From Felis catus (taxonomy: Eukaryota): a stretch of DNA of 64,000 nt. The DNA lies in NCBI RefSeq assembly GCF_018350175.1, contig NC_058368.1, forward strand, positions 89,096,001-89,160,000. Reading direction: 5' to 3'. Position 1 is the first letter of the stretch; each line of letters begins with the position of its first letter. Below, one piece after another: positions 38,761 to 50,519 of the stretch. The notes under the pieces were generated by a model that was not told the DNA's origin, ran no database searches, and saw only the letters and a list, made by a program, of their open reading frames with translations. The translations under genes were made by a program, and so were the position numbers.

Positions 38761-39494
38761 AAGAAGATGTGGCATACATATAAAATGAAATATTATTCGG
38801 CCACCAAAAGAAGGAAATCTTGCCATTTGCAATGATGTGGATAGGGCTAGAATGTATTATGCTAAGTGAAATAAGCCACTCACAGACAAATACCATCTGA
38901 TTTCACTCATGTGGCATTTAAGAAACAAAACAGGTGAATATATGGGAAGGAGAAAAATAAGAGAGAGTGATACAGACCACAAGAGACTCTTAGTGATAGA
39001 GAAAAAAATGAGGGTTGATGGAGAGAAATGGGTGGGAGATGGTCTAGATGGGTGATGGGTATTGAGGAGGGCAGTTGTGATGAGCACTGAGTGTTGTATG
39101 TAAGTGATGAATCACTAAATTCTACTCTTGAAACCAATATTGCAGTGTATGTTAACTAACTACAATTTAAATAAAAATATATAATTTTGAGATTTTTTAT
39201 TCTTAGTGTATAATAATTCTACTAATTTTGTATGTTACTCTTCTATACTCCAATTTGTACAACTAACTTGTTAGTTTTAGTGGGTTTTTCCTGATTAACC
39301 TTGCAAATAGTATGTAAAAGATAATGTCATCTGCATAGGTTTCAAATCTGGAAGCCATTTGTTTCTTCATGTTACATGGTATTCTATTCAGTATAATTTT
39401 GGATAGAAGTGGTGTAATTGGACATTCTTCTCTTGGTCATAAACTGTAGCATAAAATACATGCACTTGTTATTTTTAATGGTTTTATAGTATCC

Positions 39495-40460
39495 CATCTG
39501 CAAATAGTGACAGTTTGACTTCTTCCTTTCTACTATGGGTGCCTTTCGCTGTGGCTAGGACTTCAGTACAATGTTGAATAAAAGTAGTGAGAGTGGACAC
39601 CCTTGTCCCCTTACCTTAGGGGAAAGTTCTCAGTTTTTCCCCATTGAGGATGATTTTCACTGTGGGTATTTTGTATATGGCTTTTATTATGTTGAGGTAT
39701 GTCCTCTCCAAACCTGTTTTGTTTAGAGTATTTATTATAAACTTATTTTGAATTTCGTCAAATGATTTTCCTGCATCTATTTAAATGAGCATATGATTTT
39801 ATCATTTGTTTTTTTTAGTGTGCTCTACCAAATTGATTGATTTGTGACTGTGTGTCATCCTTGCATCTGTGGAATAAATCCCACTTGATTGTGGTGGGCA
39901 ATCCTTTTAACAGAAACAGCCCAAATGTCCATCAGTAGAAGAATGGATAGGGGAAATGTAATATAGATCTTCATTTCACATGATATACAATGGAATACTA
40001 CTCAGTCATAATAAAGGATGAAATTTTGCCATTTGTGACAACATGGATGGACCCAGAGGGTATTATGCTAAATGAAACAAGTCACTATATAATTTCACTT
40101 ATATGTGGAATCTAAAAAGCAAAACAAATGAATAACCAAACAAAAAGTAGAATTACACATAAATACAGAGAAAAAGTGATGGTTGCCAAGACAGAGATAG
40201 TTGGGGCGTGGCAAAATGGGTGAAGGGGAAGTGGGAGAAATAAGCTCCCGGTCACACAATGTCATGAGAATAAAAGTTACAGCAGAAGGAATACAGTCAA
40301 TTGTATTTTAATAGTGTTGCATGGTCACAGATGGTAACTATACTTGTAGTGAGCACAGCATAATGACATATAGAGTTGTTGAGTCACTATGTTACTCACC
40401 TGAAACTAATGTAACATTGTTTATTTACTATATTTAAATAAGCTTTAAAAATAAAAAAAA
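39495..40460. mobile_element. L1 with a minus-strand ORF2 piece (39495-39910) joined to a plus-strand 3' end (39911-40460)
   Basis: Orientation switch at ~39910 (gggcaatccttttaa | cagaaacagcccaaatgtcc). Confidence 0.75.
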
Positions 40461-40685
40461 TAAAACACCTGTTTATTCATGATTAAATATTACATTAGCT
40501 GTACACAATTCTTAGATGTGCTTTGGTAGATATAAACAGTTCCCTTATACAGCTAGTTATCTGAGGGTTTTTAAATGATCAGCTTTGGGTGTTGTATGTA
40601 AGTGATGAATCACTAAATTCTATACCTGAAACTAATATTACACTGTATGTTAACTAACTGGAATTTAAATAAAAACTTGGGGAAA

Positions 40686-40890
40686 GGGGCGCCTGGGTGG
40701 CGCAGTCGGTTAAGCGTCCGACTTCAGCCAGGTCACGATCTCGCGGTCCATGAGTTCGAGCCCTGCATCAGGCTCTGGGCTGATGGCTCGGAGCCTGGAG
40801 CCTGTTTCCGATTCTGTGTCTCCCTCTCTCTCTGCCCCTCCCCCGTTCATGCTCTCTCTCTGTCCCAAAAATAAATAAAAACGTTGAAAA
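40686..40890 (+). mobile_element. SINEC_Fc in the tail of a short L1 3' end (40586-40680)
   Basis: Canonical head; TSD aaaaacttggggaaa. Confidence 0.96.
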
Positions 40891-41624
40891 AAAAACTTGG
40901 GGAAAAATAAAATAAAAATAAAATGATCAGGTCTTTGTTTTGTCAAATCCTTTTTATATTTATTGAAATAATTATTTTCAGTCCTATAATTTACCAATAT
41001 TATGCATTACATTAATTGAGTTTTGGATGTTAAACCAAATTTACATTTTAAAGATAATCCTACTTGTTCATAATGTGTAATTATTTTTATACACTGGTGG
41101 ATTCAGTTTACACATTATTTTTGGAAAGTGGATGTGCCTATGTTCATGAAATACATGGTCTGTAGGTTACTTGTGATAGTGTTGCTCGTTCTATTATCTG
41201 GATAATAACTGGCCTCATAAAATAAACTGGTAAATGAATTGGCAAATTTCCCAGTTCTTCCCCACTTTTGAAGTGTTTATAAAGGGCTGGTAAATATTCC
41301 TTATTAAATGTTTGATAACTTTATCAGTGAGCCCATAGGGTCTGGGTTTTTCTTTGTGAAATATTTCCCTAATCTCTTTACTTGCTACAGGTCTATTCAT
41401 GTGTTCTATCCCCTCCCAAGTTTACTTAGATTATTTGTACCTATGTAGGAATTTAATTCTAATTGGTGGTATTCTTTGTTTCTAAGTTTCCATGCAAATT
41501 GAGATGGAAAAACAAAGAGTAATAATGTAGGAGAATGAGACTTTGGGGGCAATTTATGAGTACCACTGTCACAGATTATAAAATTTTAGGAAGAAGAATA
41601 TACCTACCACTCCTTTTTCTTTTA

Positions 41625-41680
41625 AGTTTATTTTTTTTTTAAGAGAAAGAGAGAGAGGACGTAGGAGGGGCAGAGAGAGC

Positions 41681-41728
<48 letters not shown>

Positions 41729-41853
41729 CCCAAGCAGGCTTTTCACTATTACCACAGATCCCGATGTGGTGTTCAAACTCATGAACGGTGAGATTATGAC
41801 CTGATCCAAAACCAAGAGTCAGACACCTAACCAACTGAGCTACCCAGGCGCCC
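41625..41853 (-). mobile_element. Can-SINE with expanded (GA)n tract
   Basis: Ends ...cccaggcgcccc; (ga)n at ~41682-41725. Confidence 0.92.
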
Positions 41854-42237
41854 CATATACCTATCACTTCTGTAATTACTACTCATATTTATTGTTTGGG
41901 ACAAAGAAAGTACAGAATAAAAACAAATAGGGAAATATCCCATTTCATTTTGGATTTTATCAAGACTGTGGACTAACTCTACCTTCTTTTTTGCATCAAT
42001 AGTTAGGGCACAAAAATGAGTTTAAATATAATTATATAAAAATGGCATAGTAAATAAAGAATGGAATTGTGAAATTAATAATATTGTGATATTGTGATAT
42101 GAAAATTTAAAAAGCTAGAGTGTTTAACAATTACACATGAGTTAGGCAATATCTAAACATATACACATAGACAAAATACCAAAGAATTTAGTGTATAAAA
42201 TAAAAATTTATTAAAGAGAAAATAAGTTTTTGGATAA

Positions 42238-42896
42238 TTATTTCATGAATAAGTTGTTTAAAATTGATTGTAATTTTGCCACATTTTTGCAACATATTTT
42301 TATTCTTTTGTGAGAACTAATTAGTACCAAAGGACTGACAGTGGCATAGACATTGCCCCAAATCTTCTGGCAATCTAGGATGATGGTGACACACACCCAT
42401 AACAGGATTACAGATGATGAAGTCCACCCAGTACACAATCACAAAGAAACTCACCAACAACAGGATGGTCTGGTTGGCTCTTTCCTTTGGGGAGACTCTT
42501 GAGGAGAGGCTGGTGCTGTGAAGGTGCTGGCACCGCCTCTGATGCCTGAACAAGTGAGTCACCATGTATGTACTTGAGAGAAGCATGACTCCTATGAAGT
42601 AGACATCCCTGTATAATGTCAAAGTGAAAAACAGTGCCTTGATGCTGGAGGTTATAGGGAAAAGTGAACAGTATTTACTGACTTTCAGTAGACTGGTCTG
42701 GGTCACATTACAAGATGCAACAGTAGGGGCACCTGGGTGGCTCATTTGGTTAAGGGTCTGACTTTGGCTCAGGTCATGATCTTGCAGTTCATGGGTTCAA
42801 GTCCCGCATTGGGCTCTGTGCTAACAGTTCAGAGCCTGGAGCCTGTTTCGGATTCTGTGTCTCCCTCTCTGTCCCTCCCCGACTCGTGCTCAGTCT

Positions 42897-42949
<53 letters not shown>

Positions 42950-43419
42950 AAAAAAAATATTTAAAAATTTTAAAGAAGATGCACAGTAAAAAAGATGGGA
43001 TTAATACTGAGAGACAAACCGAGAAACCACAAGATGATGAAGGAATGGAAGATGTTATTTGTGCATTTATGTTTAAATATACCCAACCAGGAGGTGATAG
43101 GGCTGATTGTAATGGCCTGGATTATGCTCAGGAGGTAGGTGATGCAGATGGAGAGACCTCTCGTCAAATCTGCTCATGTAGAATAAAGCCTTACATTTGA
43201 AATCATTCAGAAAGTTTGGTGATTCAAACAGCTCTATAGACAACAAAAACAGTATAGTGAAGAGTTTCATTATGTGGACAAAGGCCAAGTGACAGATTAT
43301 CAGGTCAGTGGGCTTAGGTCTGTGATCCAGAAGGAATGTGAAGATGTGGAAGAGGAGGAAGGTGTTGGCTAAGATTCCAATGCCAACTTGTAAAAATTGA
43401 CATAATTTAATAGTAACAT
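42238..43419 (-). pseudogene. Vomeronasal type-1 receptor (V1R/VN1R family) pseudogene
   Basis: Family motifs in successive frames: QVGIGILANTFLLFHIFTFLLDHRPKPTDLIICHLAFVH; RGLSICITYLLSIIQAITISP; RDVYFIGVMLLSSTYMVTHLFRHQRRCQHLHSTSLS..SPKERANQTILLLVSFFV; NVYATVSPLVLISS. Frameshifts near 43390, 43170 and 42415, and a SINE insertion at 42726-42975. Splice acceptor TCTTTTTTTCTAG just upstream, AG at 43473-43472. Confidence 0.95.
42726..42975 (+). mobile_element. Can-SINE inserted in the V1R coding region
   Basis: SINE head, long (CT)n and A-tail; TSD aagatgcaacagta (42712-42725) / aagatgcacagta (42976-42988). Confidence 0.96.
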
Positions 43420-43759
43420 GCATGGAAAGTGCAATCATCATAGTGTAAAAGAAGAAATGAATTTTGTACATCTAGAAAAAAAGACCTCACACCATCCATG
43501 TTATTTATGCTATAGTCAAAATCATCACCATTTTTTTATTTCACCCAGTTAATCAGTAAACCTATTTTGTATAAAGTCTTAGAAATACAGTCTCAACATT
43601 ATTTCTACATCAAATTGAGTATCTATATCTATCTACAATCTATCATCTATCATCATCATCATCATCATCATCAAGAAATCTCACACAACATACTCTCAAT
43701 CATGCCAGAATAATGTAATAATGTGTACTCATTTCCCATACTCCCGTGATACATGCATT

Positions 43760-43840
43760 TCTCCTTCTCCTTCTCCTTCTTCATCCTCTTCTTCTTCTCC
43801 TTCTTTTCCTCCTTCCCCTTCTTCCTCTTCCTCTTCTTTT
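43760..43840 (+). repeat. CT-rich low-complexity tract
   Basis: ctccttctccttctccttcttcatcctcttcttc... Confidence 0.85.
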
Positions 43841-44033
43841 TGCTTTACTGTTCTGTGTTTTGCTTTACTATTCTGTAAATATCATAATTTAGCCTATCTT
43901 ATATTCAGCACCAACAATAGTAATGGCCATATAAAGGAGTCATAGGTGTTTGTATAGTTGAACTGAAGTAAACTTTATGCTACTGGGGAAAAAATCACCA
44001 AAACAGACAATTAAGAAAAAAAAATAATGTCCA

Positions 44034-44222
44034 AGAGGGAGGGAAGCAAACCACAAGAGACTCTTAAATACAGAGAATAAACTGAGGGTGAATGGGGGGG
44101 GGGCAAGGGGAGGGGAAAATGGGTGATGGGCATTGAGGAGGGCACTTGTTGGGATGAGCACTGGATGTTGTATGTAAGTAAATTTGACAATAAATAAATA
44201 AATTGACAAAAAAAAAAAAGAA
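44034..44222 (+). mobile_element. Short L1 3' end
   Basis: 3' UTR and A-tail; TSD aaaaaa(t/g)aatgtccaa. Confidence 0.92.
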
Positions 44223-44289
44223 AAAAGAATGTCCAAATAAGTCTTCCAACACATACTGTGGCACTTTCTCTTCTTCCTCCTTCCTCCTT

Positions 44290-46420
44290 TCATAATACAT
44301 GAAAAATTATATGTAAATAAATTGAACAATGTGGAATAAATTGATAAATTATGGGAAACATATAATCTTCCAAACTGAATCAGGAAAAAAATAGAAAACT
44401 TCAATTTTTTCATAATGAAATTGAATCAGTAATAAAAAAAATCTCTCAAAAAACAGTCTCCAGGACCATGTAGATTCAGAGGTGAATTCTACCAAACATT
44501 AAATTTTTTAAATGTTTATTTTTAGTTTTGATAGAGAGAGAGAGAAAGTGGAGGAGGGGCAGAGAGTGGGAGACAGAGTCCAAAGCAGACTCCAGGCTCT
44601 GAGCTGTCAGCACAGAGCCTGAAGCAGGGCTCGAACTCACAAACCTCAAGATTATGACCTGAACTGAAATTGGATGCTTAACCTCCTGAGTCACACAGGT
44701 GCCCCATCCAACAAGCATTTAAAGACAAGTTAGTACTTATTATTCTCAAATTATCCCAAAAAATAGAAAAGGAAAGAAAACTTACAAATTAATTCTACAA
44801 GGCCAAAATTACAGATACCTACACCAGACAAAAACACTACAAAAACAAAATAAAAGGAAACTATAGCCCCAAATCTCTGATGAATATAGATGCAAAAAAA
44901 TCCTCAAAAAAATATTAGCAAACAGAATTCAGCACTGCATTAAAAAATAATTTACCACCATCGAATGGGATTTATTTTAGAGATGCAAGAGTGCTTAAAT
45001 ACTCAGAAGTCAATCAGTGTAATATATAACATTAACAAGAGGAAAAATAAAAATTATATGATCATCTCAATAGATGCAGATAAGGTATTTGACAATATAA
45101 AGCCTTTGTTTATAATAAAAACTCTCAACAAAGTGTGTTTAAAGGAAACATACCTTGATATAATAAAGGGCATATATGACAAGTCCATGCTCACACCACA
45201 CTCAATGGTGAAAAAAGGAAAGTTTTTCCTCTAAGATTAGGATCCAAATAAGGATGTCCATACTCATCACTTTTGTTGAAAATAGTACTGGAAGTCCTAG
45301 CGAGAACAATCAGACAAGAAAAAGAATAAAATTAATCCATATTGCTAAGGAAGAAGTAAAACCATCATTATTTGCAGAAGGCACAACACTATGTATAGAA
45401 AACTCTAAAGAATCAGCTAAAAATATTAGAATTGAAAAATTAATAAAGTTCTATAATATAAAATTAATGTACAGCAATCCATTGAATATCACTACACTAA
45501 TAATGAAGTAGCAGAAAGAGAATTTAGGAATGTATTTAACCAAGAACGTGAATGACCTATACTCTGAAAACTATGTGATATTGATAAAAGAAATTGAAGA
45601 TGACACAAACAAATAAAAATATATTTCATGCTCATGTATTGGAAGAACAAAGATTGTTAAAATGTACACACTACCCAAAGCAACCTACAGATTCAGTGCA
45701 ATCCCTATCAAAACACCAATAACATTTTTCACTGAACTAAAAAAAATCCTAAAATTCATATGGAATCACAAAAGATCTCCAATAACCAAAGCAATCTTGA
45801 AAAAGAAGAAAAAAATATGGAGGCATTACAATTCAAGATTTCAAAGTACACTAGAAAGCTATAGAAATCTGAACAGTATACTACTCGCAAAAAAATAGAC
45901 ACATCGGTGGAACACAGAAAAATTCCACATTTATATTATAATTTAATTTATATAAAAGGAGGAGGCAACAATATACAATGAAAAAACAATACTTTCAATA
46001 AATTTGGGGGGACAAAACTAGAGCTACATGCAAAAGCATGAAACTGGACCACTTTCTAAAACCACATACACAAAAATAAACTCAAAATGGATGAAATGCC
46101 TAAACTTGGGTAGAAAAAAAAGTACCTTTGCAGTAACTGAAAAAAAAATTAAATAGCTATATTTGATAACTGAAACCATAAACCTTCTAAAAGAAATAGG
46201 CAGTAATCTCTTGGACACTGACTGCAACAACACTTTTCCAGATATGTCTCCTCAGGCAATGAAACAAAAGCAAAACAAACTATTGAAAATACACCAAAAT
46301 AAAAAGCTCATGCTAAACAAAGAAAACCATCAACAACAAGAAGACAACCTACCAAACGGGAGAAGGCATTTGCAAATTATATTTCTGATAAAGGGTTATA
46401 TACACAATATACATAGAATA
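44290..46420 (+). mobile_element. Old degenerate L1 ORF2
   Basis: MIISIDADKVFD and [16 protein letters not shown] fragments with many stops. Confidence 0.88.
44500..44706 (-). mobile_element. Can-SINE
   Basis: Reverse-complement SINE body; flanks ccaaacattaaa / caagcatttaaa. Confidence 0.92.
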
Positions 46421-46421
46421 T

Positions 46422-47840
46422 ACAGGAGAAGGCTTAAGACGCTAAAGTAGGGGGACCCTGGGCTTTCTTCATCCCTCAAACACAGTTCTATTGAACTGGT
46501 CTGATTACCGTGGTCTGATTACTTGGAACACCTAGGATATTGATCTAAGGACTGGTAGAATGATCTCCACAGTGGAAGGGAGACAGCTTGGCAGGTGTGA
46601 GGTATGTGGAAGTGAATTGGGGGAGAGAAAAATGGCCGTGCCACAAAGGGGAGGGAACCGTTTCTGTAGAGATAGAAGGGCTAGAAAGAGAGAGGGGTCG
46701 AGAGTGTGGCATTGAGTTAGCACAAGAGGAAAAACCTCTCTGGACCATGGACTGGGGAGGGAGAAGTACTGAGTGTTCCAGTTCTTTTTTTCAAACAGCT
46801 TTTGGAGCTCAAACTCTGAGGTTTTGGAAGTGTGTGACTTTCTCAGGAGTGGAGCTGTGGTGTGCACTTCTGGGGAGGAGGGAGGTGGCCCCAGAGTGCA
46901 TAATGATGTGTAGACATCTCTGAGGTGCACTGGGAGAGAACAGTCGCCTTTGTGGAGTACTTTTGGAAGAGGGTTTCTTGACTCCACAAGGACAAAAGAC
47001 CCTGCAGGTGCCAGGCAAAGGCCTTTCATCAGCAAGGTGGAGAGACTCTATGTTGAACAAGGGGAGAAGATCCATGCCATGCTGGGTCCTTTAAGAATTT
47101 AGGTTTTGAATCTCAGCCATATGCCAAAGATAAAATACAGGATAGTTGTGGGGCTGAGTGAGCTGACTGCCCTTACTATTCTGTGAGGGCTGCCTGAACA
47201 GCAGGTTTGAAAATCCTGGTCTAGGAGTGAAAGATTGGGATGGTGGCATTTTCCCCCCAACACCAACATGGTGGGACCTCAGAGAGCAAAACAACAGCCC
47301 CCACTGGAGGCAGGACTTACTTACCTGACCCTCCTAGCCTGGCAGCTGCTTATTTACTGGGGCAAGACTGACTCTGAGCCAACGCAGCTGGCCTCATCTC
47401 CAAACTAGCACAGCCAGCACCCGCCTCCCACACCCATGCACAAAAACCAGACAACTCTTTTTTTTTTCCTATTTTTCCACCTTCTTTTTTTCTTTTGGAA
47501 TCAGGATCATGTTTCTTTCTTTCTTTTTGTTTTTCCATTTCCTTTTCTCTCTCTCCCTCTCTCTCTCTCTTTTGACCACACTTTATTCTGTTCTTTTTCC
47601 TTTTTTTTTTCCTTTTCTTCTCCTTTCTTCTTCTTAGTTTTTTCTTTCTTTTTCTTTGGAATAAGCCTCATATTTTTTTATTCTCTTTTTTTCTTAATGT
47701 TCCTTTTCCTTTTCTCCTTTTTTGAGATCATGCTCCACCCATTTTTTTCCAAGTTTACTTCAACAAACAGATCAAATCAGACTTAGTTAAAGGTCCAAAC
47801 ACTCCACCACTGCAAGCAAGGATGAGCTCTGCAGAGGACT
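46422..47840 (+). mobile_element. Carnivore L1 5' UTR region with pyrimidine-rich tract
   Basis: Begins aagacgctaaagtagggggaccctgggc (AAGATGGCGGAGTAGG-like), T/C-rich tract at 47455-47750, shares motifs with 34.9-35.3 kb. Confidence 0.75.
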
Positions 47841-48109
47841 TAAACCAATAATATGAAAATACAGGTAAGGTGAATAATTTTCCAGGAAAATATAAATGAC
47901 CAAAATTGATTTATTTGTCAATTCTGGTCTATTCAGATACTGAACATATTTTTACAATAGTTACACATCAATTGTCCCCAAAGCTCTTGTCCAGATGGTT
48001 CCCTGAGTTAATGCTAGAAAACCAACAGTTCTGTGGTGCATTAAAAAAAAATTCTTGGCAAAGAAGATGGAAAGTTTCATTATTTGTTCTGAGATTGCTG
48101 TGCAATCTT

Positions 48110-48208
48110 TTTTTTATATAATTTTATTTTTAAGAAACACAAGGTGAGGCTTGAACTCACAACCTGGGATCAAGAATCACATGGTCCACCAACTGAGCCA
48201 GGTGCCCC
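48110..48208 (-). mobile_element. Partial Can-SINE
   Basis: ...caactgagccaggtgcccc end. Confidence 0.75.
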
Positions 48209-48983
48209 AGCCACATAATCTTTACTCCAAATTGATGAGAATAATACTGGGGGTGGTGGTGGGGAGAGAATTAAATGTAGGGAAATTACATACCTACCTC
48301 ACTAATGAATATAGAAGAAAAGCTGATATTAAATATTAGTATACAGAGAAGAATATTGTAAAAGTACTACACCAGGACTGAGTAGAATTTATTCTAGGAA
48401 TAAAAGAATTCTTCAGCATTGGTGTAGATGACATAATAGAGCTCTCTCTTTACTGCAGAAAGAATCACATGTTTGATGTCCATGAATGTGGAGCACCATC
48501 TTTAAGATCAGATCTTTTTTTTTTTTTTTCATTACAACCTCCTTATATAATTCAGTCTCTGTCCAACTCTAAGTTTGGACCAACTCTCTGAAAAAGCATA
48601 ATCAAAGTATAGTAACCAGAGTTCATCTACTTCCTTCCTCCAAGTGGAAAGGATTCATGTGAATGCTGTTCTCAAAGGGCCTGCATTCAGCTGGTGGCTT
48701 CTTTACAACCAATTCTCATTCTACACAGTTCTGCATATTATGAGAGGATGCTGGCTAACTCTACTGCAAAGAAAGTCTTCTGAGGTGGGAGTGCCCAATG
48801 CTGATGCCTTAGGGCAACACTCTTCAAGTTATCCCAGAAATGTCCATTGACCTTGTAGACTTCAGTCTTGTTGGGCAGTGTGTGAAGCCCTTGCTGCTCC
48901 AAACCCCTCCCTCCTCCCAGGACCCAGCTAAGGATGTGTGCCTGCAACTCAGAGAGCAGACAGTGTACTTATCCCACTCTCTC

Positions 48984-48987
<4 letters not shown>

Positions 48988-49029
<42 letters not shown>
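48988..49029 (+). repeat. (TG)n microsatellite, ~21 units
   Basis: Direct reading. Confidence 0.97.
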
Positions 49030-49031
<2 letters not shown>

Positions 49032-49050
49032 TTACCATCTGTATGACAAA

Positions 49051-49460
49051 TGTACAGTGGTGAGTATGATGGGGTTCTTGAGCAAAAGGCTAAGAAAAAA
49101 TTCTTGAAAGTCTTTGGTACAAGAAAGGTGATTTTATTAAAGCACAAGGACAGGATCTGTGGGCAGAAAGAACTGCACTGGGGTTGTGAGGAGTGACTGA
49201 TTAAGTTAGTGGGGGTTAGGGATAGTGTTAAGTCACTTAGGAATTTGAACACAAGACTTTCAGGACCTTGAGAGGCTAGCTACTGTTAAGATAAAATTAC
49301 TTTTAGTCTTTGATAAAACAAAAACATTAAGGAGGTAAGGCAGCCATGAGTTGCTTGAGCAAGGTCACACTCTGCATGTTTCAGTTGTCTATTAGTGGGC
49401 TGCAAGCTGTAAGGAGATTTAATTCAAGCTACATTTTTGTTGCCTTTGTTTCCCTCATCA
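49051..49460 (-). mobile_element. Carnivore ERV solo LTR
   Basis: tgtacagtgg ... ccctcatca termini; tttatta (poly(A) signal region on minus); gcacaaggacaggatctgtgggcagaaagaactgc motif. Confidence 0.7.
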
Positions 49461-50519
49461 GGTTCATGCTGGCTGACAGGCACACGACTTTCAGTCCAAG
49501 CTTTTGGAAAACAACAAAGGAAGTTATGTAATGAGGAAAGCTCAGGGGGCCATGCTTTGGGCTGACCGGGGTGGAGGGAGCAAGCAATGAGAAATTAGCA
49601 AATCCATTCTTTCTGCCCCTGAATAGTACAGAGCAAAATCCATCTTTGTTAATAATTGTCTCTTCTTTCATATGTCAATCCACACAACTGACTAGCTTCC
49701 TTTGTAAGGAGTAATTTGCTGGTGTATGAGAACATGGCAAAGGCCAAGGAGACTTGGTCCCTAAACTCCAGGGGCCAAAATTATAGATGAAAATAGAGCC
49801 ACATAAAGACATACACAAATGTGTCCCTATGAGACATTTATACAAGTTCAAACTATGAGGGGCAACTTGAAGAGTGAGAAGGAAGATATTTGTACACAAA
49901 GAGAGGTAGAGTTCACCCATGAAGATACTGGAAGAAGGAGTTATGAGCAGGGTCTTGGGGAAAGAGCATGGATTGGCAGAGAGAAGAGGTGGGTAGAATG
50001 CCATGTGAAAAAGCATGATGGTAGCAGGTGCTGACTGGTGAAGATTAGGGGCCAAAAATAAAAGGAGAGAAGTCTGAGAGGTGGAGATAGAGGTGACACA
50101 CATTTCTGCATGGACTCTGAAGATGAGGGAAAACAGATTTTTTTCAAACTAAGGAGAAGACATGACTCCCCATCCTTCCCAAGCCTGCCTCTGTGCTCAC
50201 AAATTCATCATAAGCCCCTCTTACTGTCATTTCTTCTGCTGTCTTTCCTGAGAAGAGGAGGATTAATTCATCTCATTGTGAATTCAGCAAGACTTTTTGT
50301 TGCATCTCCTCCAGTGCCCCAATGTGGTGTTGGAGAGTGGCCTTTGTGCTGTGGAGGGGATTCTCTGGCCCACCCCCAAGTTCCCTTAGACAACCCCCTG
50401 GTGAGGGCCAGGGTACACCAAAGAGAACTGGTTTAAATGAACTGACAGAGAAGCTCTAAGGAGGTGGGTTCTTCACTGTCTAAGGGCAGGTGGAAGTTCT
50501 TCCCTCCCCACTTACAGCC

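Larger units (their letters stand above)
34900..39180 (+). mobile_element. Older carnivore L1: 5' UTR fragment joined to degenerate ORF2 and 3' UTR (ORF1 region missing)
   Basis: 34900-35345 resembles the L1 5' UTR at 46.8-47.0 kb (cagcttttggagctcaaactctgaggtttt). RT pieces [20 protein letters not shown] and [13 protein letters not shown]. 3' end at ~39180. Confidence 0.9.

Noticed and set aside
47436..47786. Phe-rich 116-aa membrane-like ORF
   Set aside because: Translation of a T-rich low-complexity tract within an L1 5' region.
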